34,185 nucleotides of DNA from an uncultured Gammaproteobacteria bacterium (lineage in GTDB: Bacteria; Patescibacteriota; Microgenomatia; UBA1406; HO2-37-13b). Numbering within the stretch: position 1 is the stretch's first letter; each line of letters starts with the position of its first letter. The position numbers were made by a program, and so were the translations under genes. The notes under the pieces are model-generated. The model saw nothing but the letters and a program-made list of their open reading frames with translations, ran no database searches and was not told where the DNA came from. Shown here in pieces: positions 1 through 7,994 of the stretch. Location of the stretch: assembly GCA_964614975.1 (NCBI GenBank), contig CAZTOA010000001.1, forward strand, positions 34,762 to 68,946, in the 5' to 3' direction.

Positions 1-787
1 CATCGGCAATAACAAGACTGGCACCGCCGCCAGAGAGCAGCATCCAAATGGCGCCGTCGCCATTTAATACCTCGAGTTTAAAAGACGATGGACTCTTTTC
101 TGAGAGCTTCACAACATTGATTTCTTCACTTATCGTTATATTTTTTTGAACGAAATCTTTTTTACTCCATGATGTAACAAAGTAATCTCCTGCACTATCA
201 ACCTCTATCGCGAGGTCGAGTAGTACAATCGATCCGTCTTTAATTAGTAAAGGATTAATCTCTAAAAAGGCAAAATACTCTTTTTCAAATATATCAATCA
301 GCCCCTTAAGCATATCAAAGGGCATCTTTATAGCATCGGCAATAGCCTTAACGTCATCTGCGCTTTTGATCACATATTCCTTTACCTCATTTTTTGTCGC
401 TGCTTCTTCAATATCAATGCCACCTTGAGTATGATGCCAGAGTTTTATCCCATCGCGCCCGCGTTGTAGCGCAAGGTATTGCTCTTCACTTTGGTCATGC
501 TTTAAGAACGGCTCAATGAGAAAGGAGTTGTAGCCTTTAACCTCAAGTTCTTTAACTGCCGCTTCGACTTTATTCGAACTCACGTTGAGCAATAATAGCC
601 CTGTTTTAGCTCGTTTTTTTACACCTTGATCAACTTTAACGACATTTGTGGACTTAGAAGATAGTTCAGATAGTTGAGTTTTCCAATCGGGGGAAGTTGT
701 CACAACCTGGACGCCATTATATTCTAATCCAAGTTGTGGAAGTACAATAGACTTTGCCTTGAATTCACTTATTTTAACCCGTGACAT
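1..787 (-). CDS. ATP-grasp subunit resembling succinyl-CoA synthetase beta / ATP-citrate lyase (citryl-CoA synthetase). N-terminal part only; the 3' end lies beyond the window start.
   Basis: Not in the ORF track because its stop lies outside the window. My hand translation of the minus strand from the ATG at 787 is open to position 1. It reads MSRVKISEFKAKSIV...VKVDQGVKKRAKTGLLLLNV...FLEINPLLI...SSFKLEVLNGDGAIWMLLSGGGASLVIAD. The EINPL motif and the xIWxMxxGGGASxxxAD motif are typical of ATP-citrate lyase / SucC-type ATP-grasp domains. Confidence 0.6.
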   Translation of the reverse strand, partial: MSRVKISEFKAKSIVLPQLGLEYNGVQVVTTSPDWKTQLSELSSKSTNVVKVDQGVKKRAKTGLLLLNVSSNKVEAAVKELEVKGYNSFLIEPFLKHDQSEEQYLALQRGRDGIKLWHHTQGGIDIEEAATKNEVKEYVIKSADDVKAIADAIKMPFDMLKGLIDIFEKEYFAFLEINPLLIKDGSIVLLDLAIEVDSAGDYFVTSWSKKDFVQKNITISEEINVVKLSEKSPSSFKLEVLNGDGAIWMLLSGGGASLVIAD

Positions 788-803
788 AGGGATATATTAT
801 AGC

Positions 804-1526
804 TTATTTTATCGACGGCTCGGCAAAAATCAGCATACGTTGAGAAATTGTGCCTGGAGGCCAGCATGTTTGTAGCGTTAAGAACTCAGAATCCGTTTTT
901 TTTGTAATGTAATCAACTTCAGAAGGATCAACAATTGTTTTACCTATAACCGTATATTTATGACGAACACCATGATAATAAAGGTTTATCTCGTCACTTG
1001 GCTCAAGTTTATAGAGCAGATAGAAAATAGCGTTGTATCGAGAAACATTAGTAAACGTATTTGTTGAGTGTGCGAAGAGATAAATATGGCCTTTCTCGCC
1101 TGGAAATTTCGTTCCGGCAGCATGTGCGACTCCAGCCTCAAGTGAAGGTAAGTACTCATCAGGATTTGAGCTGTCGACGTTTGGGATAATATTTGCATTT
1201 GCGCCCAATTTGGGCACAATTATTGAGAAATTTGGGTCTTTTGGCACAAGAACTTCGACCTGGTTTATTTTTAGTGCTTCACCAAGCAAACCCTTTGGTC
1301 CTTTGTTCTGTGGCTGCTCAAATGTAGGTGCTTCGTCGGCAAGCACATACTTCTTTCCTACGAGCTGATTTGCCGCGTACTTTACTTCCTCAATCGCTGG
1401 CTTATAAAAAATCCAGCTGATCATATATATTGAAAAAATGACCAAAAAATTACCAACTGTTCGCAGCGTTAGGATGCGATAAAACTCGCTCTTAGACATG
1501 TCTTTGGGCATGGAAATCATACGCAT
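804..1526 (-). CDS. Sortase-family transpeptidase with an N-terminal membrane anchor
   Basis: N-terminal TM segment (FLVIFSIYMISWIFY). Conserved His context (HIYLFAHS), catalytic TLQTC motif (TLxTC) and a downstream Arg (QRMLIF). Confidence 0.8.
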   Translation of the reverse strand: MRMISMPKDMSKSEFYRILTLRTVGNFLVIFSIYMISWIFYKPAIEEVKYAANQLVGKKYVLADEAPTFEQPQNKGPKGLLGEALKINQVEVLVPKDPNFSIIVPKLGANANIIPNVDSSNPDEYLPSLEAGVAHAAGTKFPGEKGHIYLFAHSTNTFTNVSRYNAIFYLLYKLEPSDEINLYYHGVRHKYTVIGKTIVDPSEVDYITKKTDSEFLTLQTCWPPGTISQRMLIFAEPSIK

Positions 1527-1546
1527 TAATTATAGCAGAATAGGCT

Positions 1547-2776
1547 TTATCGAAGCCCAACGGAATAGACGTCAGGAAGTGTACGTGTTGAGTTATTGAA
1601 GTTCGTTAATATAAGAAGTTTTCCATCTCTTGTAACAGAAACAAATTCAGGTTGGAATGGACCAGAGTACACAAGGCGCTTATTTGAGCCGTCATAATCA
1701 ACTATTGCTATGCCTTCTTCTTCGCGAATTGCGATGTGTTGTGAGTCTATATACCAGAAAACTGGTGTCTCAGGATTATAAGAGTCAGCGATTTTGAAAT
1801 TTTTATCCTCCTTTTTGTCATAGATATAAACGGCGCTTGGTGTAAGGGTTCTTTCTTCGGGTGTTTGATTTGTTGCTATAAGAGCGGGCTTTATGACCTG
1901 ATCTATGACGGCACTTTCTGTTGCCTCATAAAGAATCTTCGTCTCATCGGGTGAAAATCCGAGAATATTAAATGATTTTGAAGCCTTTACAATAGGTTTT
2001 TTGAAAGTTTCAATGAGCTTTTCTTGAACCTCAACACGCTCAATAGCCCACGCACTTCTGATAGCCTCAACTGAAGTTGTTACTTCAAATGGCTTAACCG
2101 TAACATCGTCAGTTGAAAGCAGATAAATTGCTCGAATCGTTGGCTCAGTTTTCTTTGCGAATTTTCCTGTTGTTTCTACTGGGGCTTGTAGGAATGTAAC
2201 AAGCATTTGCTTTTCGCTTGGCGAAAATTCTACGATGGTATCTTTAAATGCGTAGTCTGTAGGGAATATTGACTTTAATGCAAGTAGCTTTTGGCCGTTA
2301 ATACGGGCCAAAGGATTATTTCTATTATCAATTAGGTATATACCGTCTTTCTCAAGGTCACCTGTCTCAGAAAAAATAATGTTTTTTTCATGTGTATTTG
2401 TTGGGATTGCCTTTACGACGCCAAATGAAGTCAGGGGAGATAGGCTTGGATTTACAGGGAAAAGGAGTGCGTCAGCTTTAATAACAAGCTCGCCTTTAAT
2501 AGTAAGTCTTTTTTTCCAAGACAGATAACCATCTTGAGCGATCTCAACATCATACACACCAGGCTTTACTCCTATATTGGAGTTTGTGGCGCCTTTAAGT
2601 TCGCCGTTGACAAGAATCTTAGCACCATCTGGTTCGGAAGAAGCCACAAGGATTCCTGTCGAAGATAGGGTTTGCTGGGTAAAGTCCAATCGATAACCCC
2701 TCGCAAATCCTACTACTAGGATGAGCACGGCAGTAAAAATGACGAGCAATAGCAGTCTAATAAGGAAAAACTTCAT
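1547..2776 (-). CDS. PEGA-domain membrane-anchored protein with a C-terminal beta-rich (propeller-like) region
   Basis: N-terminal TM (FFLIRLLLLVIFTAVLILVV). PEGA-like segment EPDGAKILVNGELKGATNSNIGVKPGVYDVEIAQDGYLSWKKRL. It lies 20 nt upstream of the sortase gene on the same strand. Confidence 0.65.
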   Translation of the reverse strand: MKFFLIRLLLLVIFTAVLILVVGFARGYRLDFTQQTLSSTGILVASSEPDGAKILVNGELKGATNSNIGVKPGVYDVEIAQDGYLSWKKRLTIKGELVIKADALLFPVNPSLSPLTSFGVVKAIPTNTHEKNIIFSETGDLEKDGIYLIDNRNNPLARINGQKLLALKSIFPTDYAFKDTIVEFSPSEKQMLVTFLQAPVETTGKFAKKTEPTIRAIYLLSTDDVTVKPFEVTTSVEAIRSAWAIERVEVQEKLIETFKKPIVKASKSFNILGFSPDETKILYEATESAVIDQVIKPALIATNQTPEERTLTPSAVYIYDKKEDKNFKIADSYNPETPVFWYIDSQHIAIREEEGIAIVDYDGSNKRLVYSGPFQPEFVSVTRDGKLLILTNFNNSTRTLPDVYSVGLR

Positions 2777-2873
2777 ACCCTTATTATACTATTTTTTTGT
2801 TATCATATACCGTAAGTTTCTTATTCTGAGCCCTCAAAAAGTATATATTACTATACTTTAACTAGATCAAAAT

Positions 2874-3878
2874 ATGACATTTCAGAAACAAGTTGCGATC
2901 GATTTAGGAACTGCAAACACATTGGTATATATTGCCGGCAAGGGTATTGTTCTGAATGAACCGACGGTTGTTGCGTACTCAATAGAGAATCGCCAGATTC
3001 TCGCTGTTGGTGATGATGCGCGACAAATGCTCGGGCGTACGCCCGGCTCGATTATCGCGTCGCGCCCATTAAAGGATGGAGTCATTGCAGACTACTCCAT
3101 AACAGAGGCAATGGTCTCTTACTTCTTAAAAAAGGCAATTAAAGACTTCACTTTTCGTATTGATCTTATGATCTCTGTTCCTGGGGGATCGACACAAGTT
3201 GAAAAGCGCGCAGTCGTATCTGCGTGTAAAAGTGCCGGAGCTACAGATGTGTATCTAATAGAGGAGCCGCTCGCGGCTGCAATTGGTGCCCGTATTCCGA
3301 TTTCCCAGGCATCTGGCCACATGATTGTCAATATCGGAGGTGGTACAGCCGAGGTCGCTGTCATCTCCTTAGGTCAACTCGTGGTTTATCGTAGCGTGCG
3401 AGGTGCTGGAACGAAGCTAGATGAGGCTATTATTCAATATCTACGCAAGAAATACAACTTAATCATAGGTGAACGTACTGCCGAAGACATTAAGATTAAA
3501 ATCGGTAATGCAGACTTTGATTCAGCTTCTGAAGAGAAAACTATGGAAGTAAAAGGACGTGATTTTCAAACAGGGTTACCCAAAATCGTTAAAGTGAGCG
3601 AGAAAGCCATATCTGAATCGCTACAAAAGCCACTTAAGTTTATTCTTGAGGGTGTAAAAGAGGTATTGTCCTTAACTCCACCTGAACTAGCCTCAGATAT
3701 TGTAGATCGCGGCATGGTTATCTCGGGTGGTACTGGCTTACTTAAGAATATTGACAAGTATTTTAGTCGCAATATAGGAGTTGCGGCATTTACAGCTGAA
3801 GAACCTTTGTTTTGTGTTATTCGCGGGGCCGGTATGGCCATCGAGAACCTTAACAGCTACAAAGAAGCTATACGTTAA
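2874..3878 (+). CDS. mreB: Rod-shape-determining actin homologue MreB
   Basis: 334 aa. Motifs: DLGTANTLVY (phosphate 1), NEPTVVA, RPLKDGVIAD, EEPLAAAIGA, NIGGGTAEVAVIS, ISGGTGLL. Confidence 0.95.
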   Translation: MTFQKQVAIDLGTANTLVYIAGKGIVLNEPTVVAYSIENRQILAVGDDARQMLGRTPGSIIASRPLKDGVIADYSITEAMVSYFLKKAIKDFTFRIDLMISVPGGSTQVEKRAVVSACKSAGATDVYLIEEPLAAAIGARIPISQASGHMIVNIGGGTAEVAVISLGQLVVYRSVRGAGTKLDEAIIQYLRKKYNLIIGERTAEDIKIKIGNADFDSASEEKTMEVKGRDFQTGLPKIVKVSEKAISESLQKPLKFILEGVKEVLSLTPPELASDIVDRGMVISGGTGLLKNIDKYFSRNIGVAAFTAEEPLFCVIRGAGMAIENLNSYKEAIR

Positions 3879-3902
3879 GGCTAATGTATAATATAGGTGC
3901 CT

Positions 3903-3974
3903 GTTCTCGTAGTTCAATGGATAGAACCGGCCCCTCCTAAGGGTCAAATGCAGGTTCGATTCCTGCCGGGAACA
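3903..3974 (+). tRNA. tRNA-Arg (anticodon CCT), no encoded CCA
   Basis: Hand-folded cloverleaf. Acceptor GTTCTCG/CGGGAAC, D stem GTTC/GAAC, anticodon stem GGCCC/GGGTC with loop CTCCTAA, T arm GCAGG-TTCGATT-CCTGC, discriminator A. Confidence 0.85.
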
Positions 3975-3994
3975 CAAATCGATCGTATATAGTA

Positions 3995-4125
3995 AAAACT
4001 ACTATTTTAGGTAGTTCTCAAGGTACTTTTATATAGGCGCCAAGGAAGAAAAAATAAGTAATCTATAGTAAAGATTACTATCGTACTTGTACTTTTCCTA
4101 AAGTTAGACTAAAAATAGTAGTTTT
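3995..4125. repeat. Nested inverted repeats in the AT-rich spacer downstream of tRNA-Arg
   Basis: AAAACTACTATTTT (3995-4008) is the exact reverse complement of AAAATAGTAGTTTT (4112-4125). An inner hairpin AGTAATCT-ATAGTAA-AGATTACT lies at 4057-4079. Confidence 0.5.
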
Positions 4126-4222
4126 AGATTGTTAAGAAAATCTATAACAATTGTTTATATAATGTGAACAAAGTGCCTTTATTTTTCAAGAAAAAGATTA
4201 TATAATAAAGCCTATATAAAAC

Positions 4223-4978
4223 ATGAAGACAGAACCACAAAAATCACTCCTCTCAGTCCCGCTTCCAAACGAGTCATTTGATAATAGCCTAGAGAAAATA
4301 TTTTTATACATAAAAAATCCCCGTGGTATTTTCCACATTGTCTCCCTTAACCCGGAAATATTTGCGCTCGCCGAAAAGAATACTAAGTTTAAAAGGGTTC
4401 TTGTAGAGGCCCAAATGCGTATTATTGATGGTACCTATGTATATAGGGTAGCTCGACTCCTGGGTATCCCAGTTCAAAGCCGTATACAAGGTGTAGATCT
4501 TATGGAAACCCTCCTCGCGTATGCATCGAGAGAGCGCTTAAGAGTTATGCTAATCGGTGGTGCACCAGAAATAGCAGAGAGGGTTGTAGTTTGCCAAAAG
4601 CAAGCGTATCCGAGGCTAGAAATTACCGGTATGCAAGGTATACAAGATGTACGTAACCCCACCAAGCTCGAAGAGGAAGCATTGTTATCGATAGTGGCTG
4701 ATGTGAAGCCGCATATGATCTTTTTTGCCTTTGGTTCTCCGTACCAAGAATTGTGGATTGACGCTCATAAAAAGCAACTTGAGGGTAGCGTCGTCGTTGG
4801 GGTAGGTGGTGCGTTCGATTTTCTGTCTGGAAATGTTCCCCGAGCACCAAAACTGCTTCGTGACCTTGGCTTTGAGTGGCTATTTCGGCTTGTTGTACAG
4901 CCCTGGAGAATAATGAGACAACTATCAGTCTTTAATTTCTTCGCCGCGGTTATCAAAGAACAGTTAAAGCGTAATTAA
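4223..4978 (+). CDS. WecG/TagA/CpsF-family glycosyltransferase (N-acetylmannosaminyl-transferase type)
   Basis: 251 aa with family-typical segments: IDGTYVYRVARLLG, RVMLIGGAPEIAERV, FFAFGSPYQELWI, GVGGAFDFLSGNVPRAPKLLRDLGFEWLFRLVVQPWR. Confidence 0.85.
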   Translation: MKTEPQKSLLSVPLPNESFDNSLEKIFLYIKNPRGIFHIVSLNPEIFALAEKNTKFKRVLVEAQMRIIDGTYVYRVARLLGIPVQSRIQGVDLMETLLAYASRERLRVMLIGGAPEIAERVVVCQKQAYPRLEITGMQGIQDVRNPTKLEEEALLSIVADVKPHMIFFAFGSPYQELWIDAHKKQLEGSVVVGVGGAFDFLSGNVPRAPKLLRDLGFEWLFRLVVQPWRIMRQLSVFNFFAAVIKEQLKRN

Positions 4979-5424
4979 GCAGGCTTTCTTTGAGTGAATA
5001 GACCCTTTAATCCTTTGAAGAATGAAACCACTGGATTCTCACTTCTTACTGGTGTGGGTAGCCCCTGTTCTATAGGAGGAACACTCGCTTGGAGTTCTGC
5101 TTGTCGATCAGCCATTTCATGTTGCTCCATTTGGGCTCTCATAACGGCAATATCTTCTTTATGGGCTTTAATCGTTGCCAGGCGAGCTTGCTCTTTTTTT
5201 GCCTCCATCTGAGCCATTAATTTACGTTCTTCTGCGCTCACATCTCTGCGTGCATTGTCTTCCATAAGGACACCAGGATGAGTACTTAGGTTTACACCAG
5301 CCTCTTTTCGTGCCTGAGCTTGTGCAATGGCTTCCTCAGCCTCTTCGTAATGTCGTTTAACATCACTTGAATTCAAATCCCCTGCGGTACTTCCTCTAAA
5401 TCCTGTCTCGCTATTGTTATCCAT
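4975..5424 (-). CDS. Hypothetical charged coiled-coil protein with a C-terminal amphipathic tail
   Basis: 149 aa. E/A/K/R/Q-rich heptad-like core (ERKLMAQMEAKKEQARLATIKAHKEDIAVMRAQMEQHEMADRQAELQ). Tail ENPVVSFFKGLKGLF. No recognisable family. Its stop overlaps the WecG stop by 4 nt (convergent). Confidence 0.5.
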   Translation of the reverse strand: MDNNSETGFRGSTAGDLNSSDVKRHYEEAEEAIAQAQARKEAGVNLSTHPGVLMEDNARRDVSAEERKLMAQMEAKKEQARLATIKAHKEDIAVMRAQMEQHEMADRQAELQASVPPIEQGLPTPVRSENPVVSFFKGLKGLFTQRKPA

Positions 5425-5442
5425 ATCTACTAATTACACATC

Positions 5443-5455
5443 ACACCTCAGGTGT
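5443..5455. promoter_or_regulatory. Perfect palindrome ACACCT-C-AGGTGT in a divergent intergenic region; candidate operator
   Basis: Read directly. It sits between the divergent genes 4975..5424(-) and 5491..6390(+). It is immediately followed by TTGTCA (5456-5461) and, 17 nt later, GAGAAT (5479-5484). This is a weak sigma70-like pair that would place the transcription start at about the ATG at 5491. Confidence 0.25.
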
Positions 5456-5490
5456 TTGTCAAGCACGAGTTTATCTGAGAGAATATCACC

Positions 5491-6390
5491 ATGAAACAAG
5501 GTAACGGACGTGAAAAGTCAGTAAATAAGGAAATAATGAAGGTTCTAGGCTATTTCAGCCTGTTTCACTATGCCCCATCAGATGCCCAAATTCGCATGTT
5601 TTTACCAATTAAGGTATCAAAGGAAGGTCTTCGCGAGAGTCTAGATAGGCTAGTAGCCAGAAAAAAGCTTTTGAGTATGGATATGGGTATGCCCCTGGGG
5701 AGTATATATACCATGGGGGGGCATAGTATATTTCTAAAGAAACGGATTGTTAGGAAAGCTCAAACCGAAAAGAAAATCAATGCACTAAAAACATACTCCC
5801 ATATACTCTATATTTCGCCGTGGATAAAAATGGTAGGAATTTCAGGCTCATGTGCAATGGAAAATGCCAAGGTTGGGGATGATGTCGATTTTTTTATAAT
5901 AACCGCCAAAAATCGCCTCTGGTTAGCTCGCATATGGGCAATAGTTGCTGCAAAGATACTTGATGTACATAGGAGTAGGAAAGATAGGCATGTCTCAGAT
6001 AAGGCGTGCCTAAACATGTTCTTTGATGAGCAAGATCTCATTATTCCCGAAAGCAAGCAAAACCTTTATACTGCACATGAGGTTGTTCAGATGAGCTATA
6101 TAGACATGCGGGAGGGGGCATACTACCATAGACAGTTTATGCAGTCTAACTCATGGATTAGGTCATATTTTGCGAATTTTAATATACCCAGAAAACGAAA
6201 GTATACAGTGTCCGAAACCACGAAGAAAAACCTTTCTATGGGCATTATAGGAGGGGTATTTGAGCACCTAGCCAAGGTAGTGCAGAAGTCAATAATGTCA
6301 GGCCATATTACTCACGAAATTATTACCGAGACACAATTGTGGTTTTTTCCAAAAGACTTCGAAAAGAAGATTATGAAGAAGGTTTATTGA
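5491..6390 (+). CDS. Nucleotidyltransferase-fold (Pol-beta superfamily) protein, function unknown
   Basis: The GISGSCAMENAKVGDDVDFFII segment fits the hG[GS]x9-13 D-x-D signature of minimal nucleotidyltransferases. The N-terminal ~100 aa may be a winged helix. No finer family recognised. Confidence 0.5.
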   Translation: MKQGNGREKSVNKEIMKVLGYFSLFHYAPSDAQIRMFLPIKVSKEGLRESLDRLVARKKLLSMDMGMPLGSIYTMGGHSIFLKKRIVRKAQTEKKINALKTYSHILYISPWIKMVGISGSCAMENAKVGDDVDFFIITAKNRLWLARIWAIVAAKILDVHRSRKDRHVSDKACLNMFFDEQDLIIPESKQNLYTAHEVVQMSYIDMREGAYYHRQFMQSNSWIRSYFANFNIPRKRKYTVSETTKKNLSMGIIGGVFEHLAKVVQKSIMSGHITHEIITETQLWFFPKDFEKKIMKKVY

Positions 6391-6851
6391 TTCTTGCCCA
6401 ATAATTTAGCAAGGAAATTCATGGTAATGCTATTTCCTGGGTTGTCAGGAGTTGCTACAGTTGGTTGTGGTCTATTTGCACGAGCGATCCTTTGTCTCTC
6501 TCTTTCTGCTGCAGCTACTGCTCGTGCTGCCTCTTCTGCCTCTAATGTTTGTTTTGCTGCTAATACTTCCGCCCTAGCTGCTGCAATGGCTTCACCTCTA
6601 CGAATCCCAGCTAATCTTTCTCGTTCATCAAGAATAGCTTGTTCGCTTTCAGAAAGCCTAACAGGAGGAGCGTCTTCTTTGGGAGCTTCTTTTAGGTCAG
6701 GTAGTACTGCGTTTGGTACCTCATCTCCCTCTCTTATATAGTCCCTTAATATTCTTACAGCATCCGCGCTCGGTCTAGTTCTTTTGTTCCCTGTATCACC
6801 AGATTCCATAAGATTCTTATCTAAATAGGTATTTAATCTAATAATATCCAA
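6384..6851 (-). CDS. Hypothetical coiled-coil protein, likely paralogue of 4975..5424
   Basis: A/E/R-rich coiled-coil core (ERERLAGIRRGEAIAAARAEVLAAKQTLEAEEAARAVAAAERERQRIARAN) and tail DNPGNSITMNFLAKLLGKNQ, which resembles the other protein's ENPVVSFFKGLKGLF. An alternative start at 6809 (MESGDTGN...) aligns better with MDNNSETG... and removes the 19-nt overlap with the upstream gene. Confidence 0.5.
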   Translation of the reverse strand: MDIIRLNTYLDKNLMESGDTGNKRTRPSADAVRILRDYIREGDEVPNAVLPDLKEAPKEDAPPVRLSESEQAILDERERLAGIRRGEAIAAARAEVLAAKQTLEAEEAARAVAAAERERQRIARANRPQPTVATPDNPGNSITMNFLAKLLGKNQ

Positions 6852-7555
6852 TCAGTTTCGATAGATGAAGACCCTTCCGCGCACTCTATCTTGACGTTCG
6901 TGCATGCGGTGGGGAGCACTTCATAATGGCTTGTCCTATTAGCATCACTCTTCAATGGGACAATATTCTCACCTGACTCACACACAGTTCTTGCTGCACA
7001 ATTAAGTGGTGACTTTGTCTCACAAAATATAAGATAACCGCCATCTGTTTTCTCAATAACATTCCTATTTACGCACAGGCTACTAGCTTGGGTAGTGCGC
7101 GAAGTCGGCCCTTGAAACGTGTCATAAAAATAGGCTACAGAAAAGGTAGTTACTAGAATAAAGCTATATACCAAGACAGACCGCAATGCGGGTAGGGGTA
7201 TATTCCATGTTTTAAAATATGATATTTTTGCCTTTTGAGCCTTCTTGAAATTGACTAGATCGTCAGCGAAAGCAAATACTTCTCCTGTTATCTTTGAATG
7301 CAGTAATGTGACAAATTGGGGAATAGAGTCATCGTTTATTCTTGTGAGTGGACTTCCATCTTTTGGTGATAACTTTTCGTCCCCAGAGATAATGTCTGAT
7401 TGTTTCATTTCTGCGAGTTTTCTTGCATCTGAGAGCGTTATGCGATTTATCTCGTTTACATCGAAGAGCGTCGAGCCACAAAAATTACAGTGATCGACCT
7501 CAATTGTCTCGAGTAGAACTTTCGTTAATATGTGGTGACAATTTGGACAGTGCAT
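6833..7555 (-). CDS. Zinc-ribbon (zf-TFIIB-like) single-pass membrane protein with a Cys-rich extracytoplasmic domain
   Basis: N-terminal CPNC...x15...CNFC zinc ribbon (MHCPNCHHILTKVLLETIEVDHCNFCGSTLFD). One TM (LRSVLVYSFILVTTFSVAYFY). The C-terminal ~95 aa contain 7 Cys. Confidence 0.6.
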   Translation of the reverse strand: MHCPNCHHILTKVLLETIEVDHCNFCGSTLFDVNEINRITLSDARKLAEMKQSDIISGDEKLSPKDGSPLTRINDDSIPQFVTLLHSKITGEVFAFADDLVNFKKAQKAKISYFKTWNIPLPALRSVLVYSFILVTTFSVAYFYDTFQGPTSRTTQASSLCVNRNVIEKTDGGYLIFCETKSPLNCAARTVCESGENIVPLKSDANRTSHYEVLPTACTNVKIECAEGSSSIETDWILLD

Positions 7556-7607
7556 GTAATTATTTGTACCATAATGGCGTTAGAATTTCATATAATAGCC
7601 GTAACGT

Positions 7608-7994
7608 ATGCCTAAGAAAAAGGGTCCATGGGATTTTGTACCGGCGGATGATATAAAGGACATGGTAGCTGATTTGGTTAATCGACTTGAATTTGAGCAC
7701 GTTCAAATTCCTAATATTTTTTGTGTGCGCAGTCTTGGAAGTAGTACTCGTGCATACGCGCGTATTTGGGGCTTATCTCGTATTTTCCAGGTAACGGCAG
7801 GTTTTGCCCCAACATATGTTATTGAGGTGCTGTCGCAACATTTCGATAAGCTTTCGTATCCCGAGCAGCAAAAAGTAATTATTCACGAGCTCCTTCATAT
7901 TCCAAAGACATTTTCAGGAGCTCTGCTGTCGCACAAGGGACGCTATCATCGAGTTGATCATAAAACAGTTGAGGAGTTGTTTAAAAAATTATGA
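7608..7994 (+). CDS. Small predicted HExxH metallopeptidase (COG4900-like)
   Basis: 128 aa with IIHELLHIPKTFSGALLSHKG (HExxH). ATGA start/stop overlap with the downstream DUF2207 gene. Confidence 0.55.
   Translation: MPKKKGPWDFVPADDIKDMVADLVNRLEFEHVQIPNIFCVRSLGSSTRAYARIWGLSRIFQVTAGFAPTYVIEVLSQHFDKLSYPEQQKVIIHELLHIPKTFSGALLSHKGRYHRVDHKTVEELFKKL

Noticed and set aside
804-2776. Looked for sortase substrates (LPxTG-like motif followed by a hydrophobic segment and a basic tail) in this window.
   Set aside because: No protein in the window ends this way. The large surface proteins end in dockerin-like modules instead, so no sortase-substrate link can be claimed here.
3738-3977. 79-aa minus-strand ORF.
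   Set aside because: It lies antisense to the mreB 3' end and covers tRNA-Arg(CCT). It has no support.
6394-6741. 115-aa Ala/Ser-rich plus-strand ORF (and 4994..5212).
   Set aside because: These are antisense to the GCN/GAR-rich coiled-coil genes. Such mirror ORFs are expected from the codon composition. The minus-strand products form a paralogous pair, which supports that strand.
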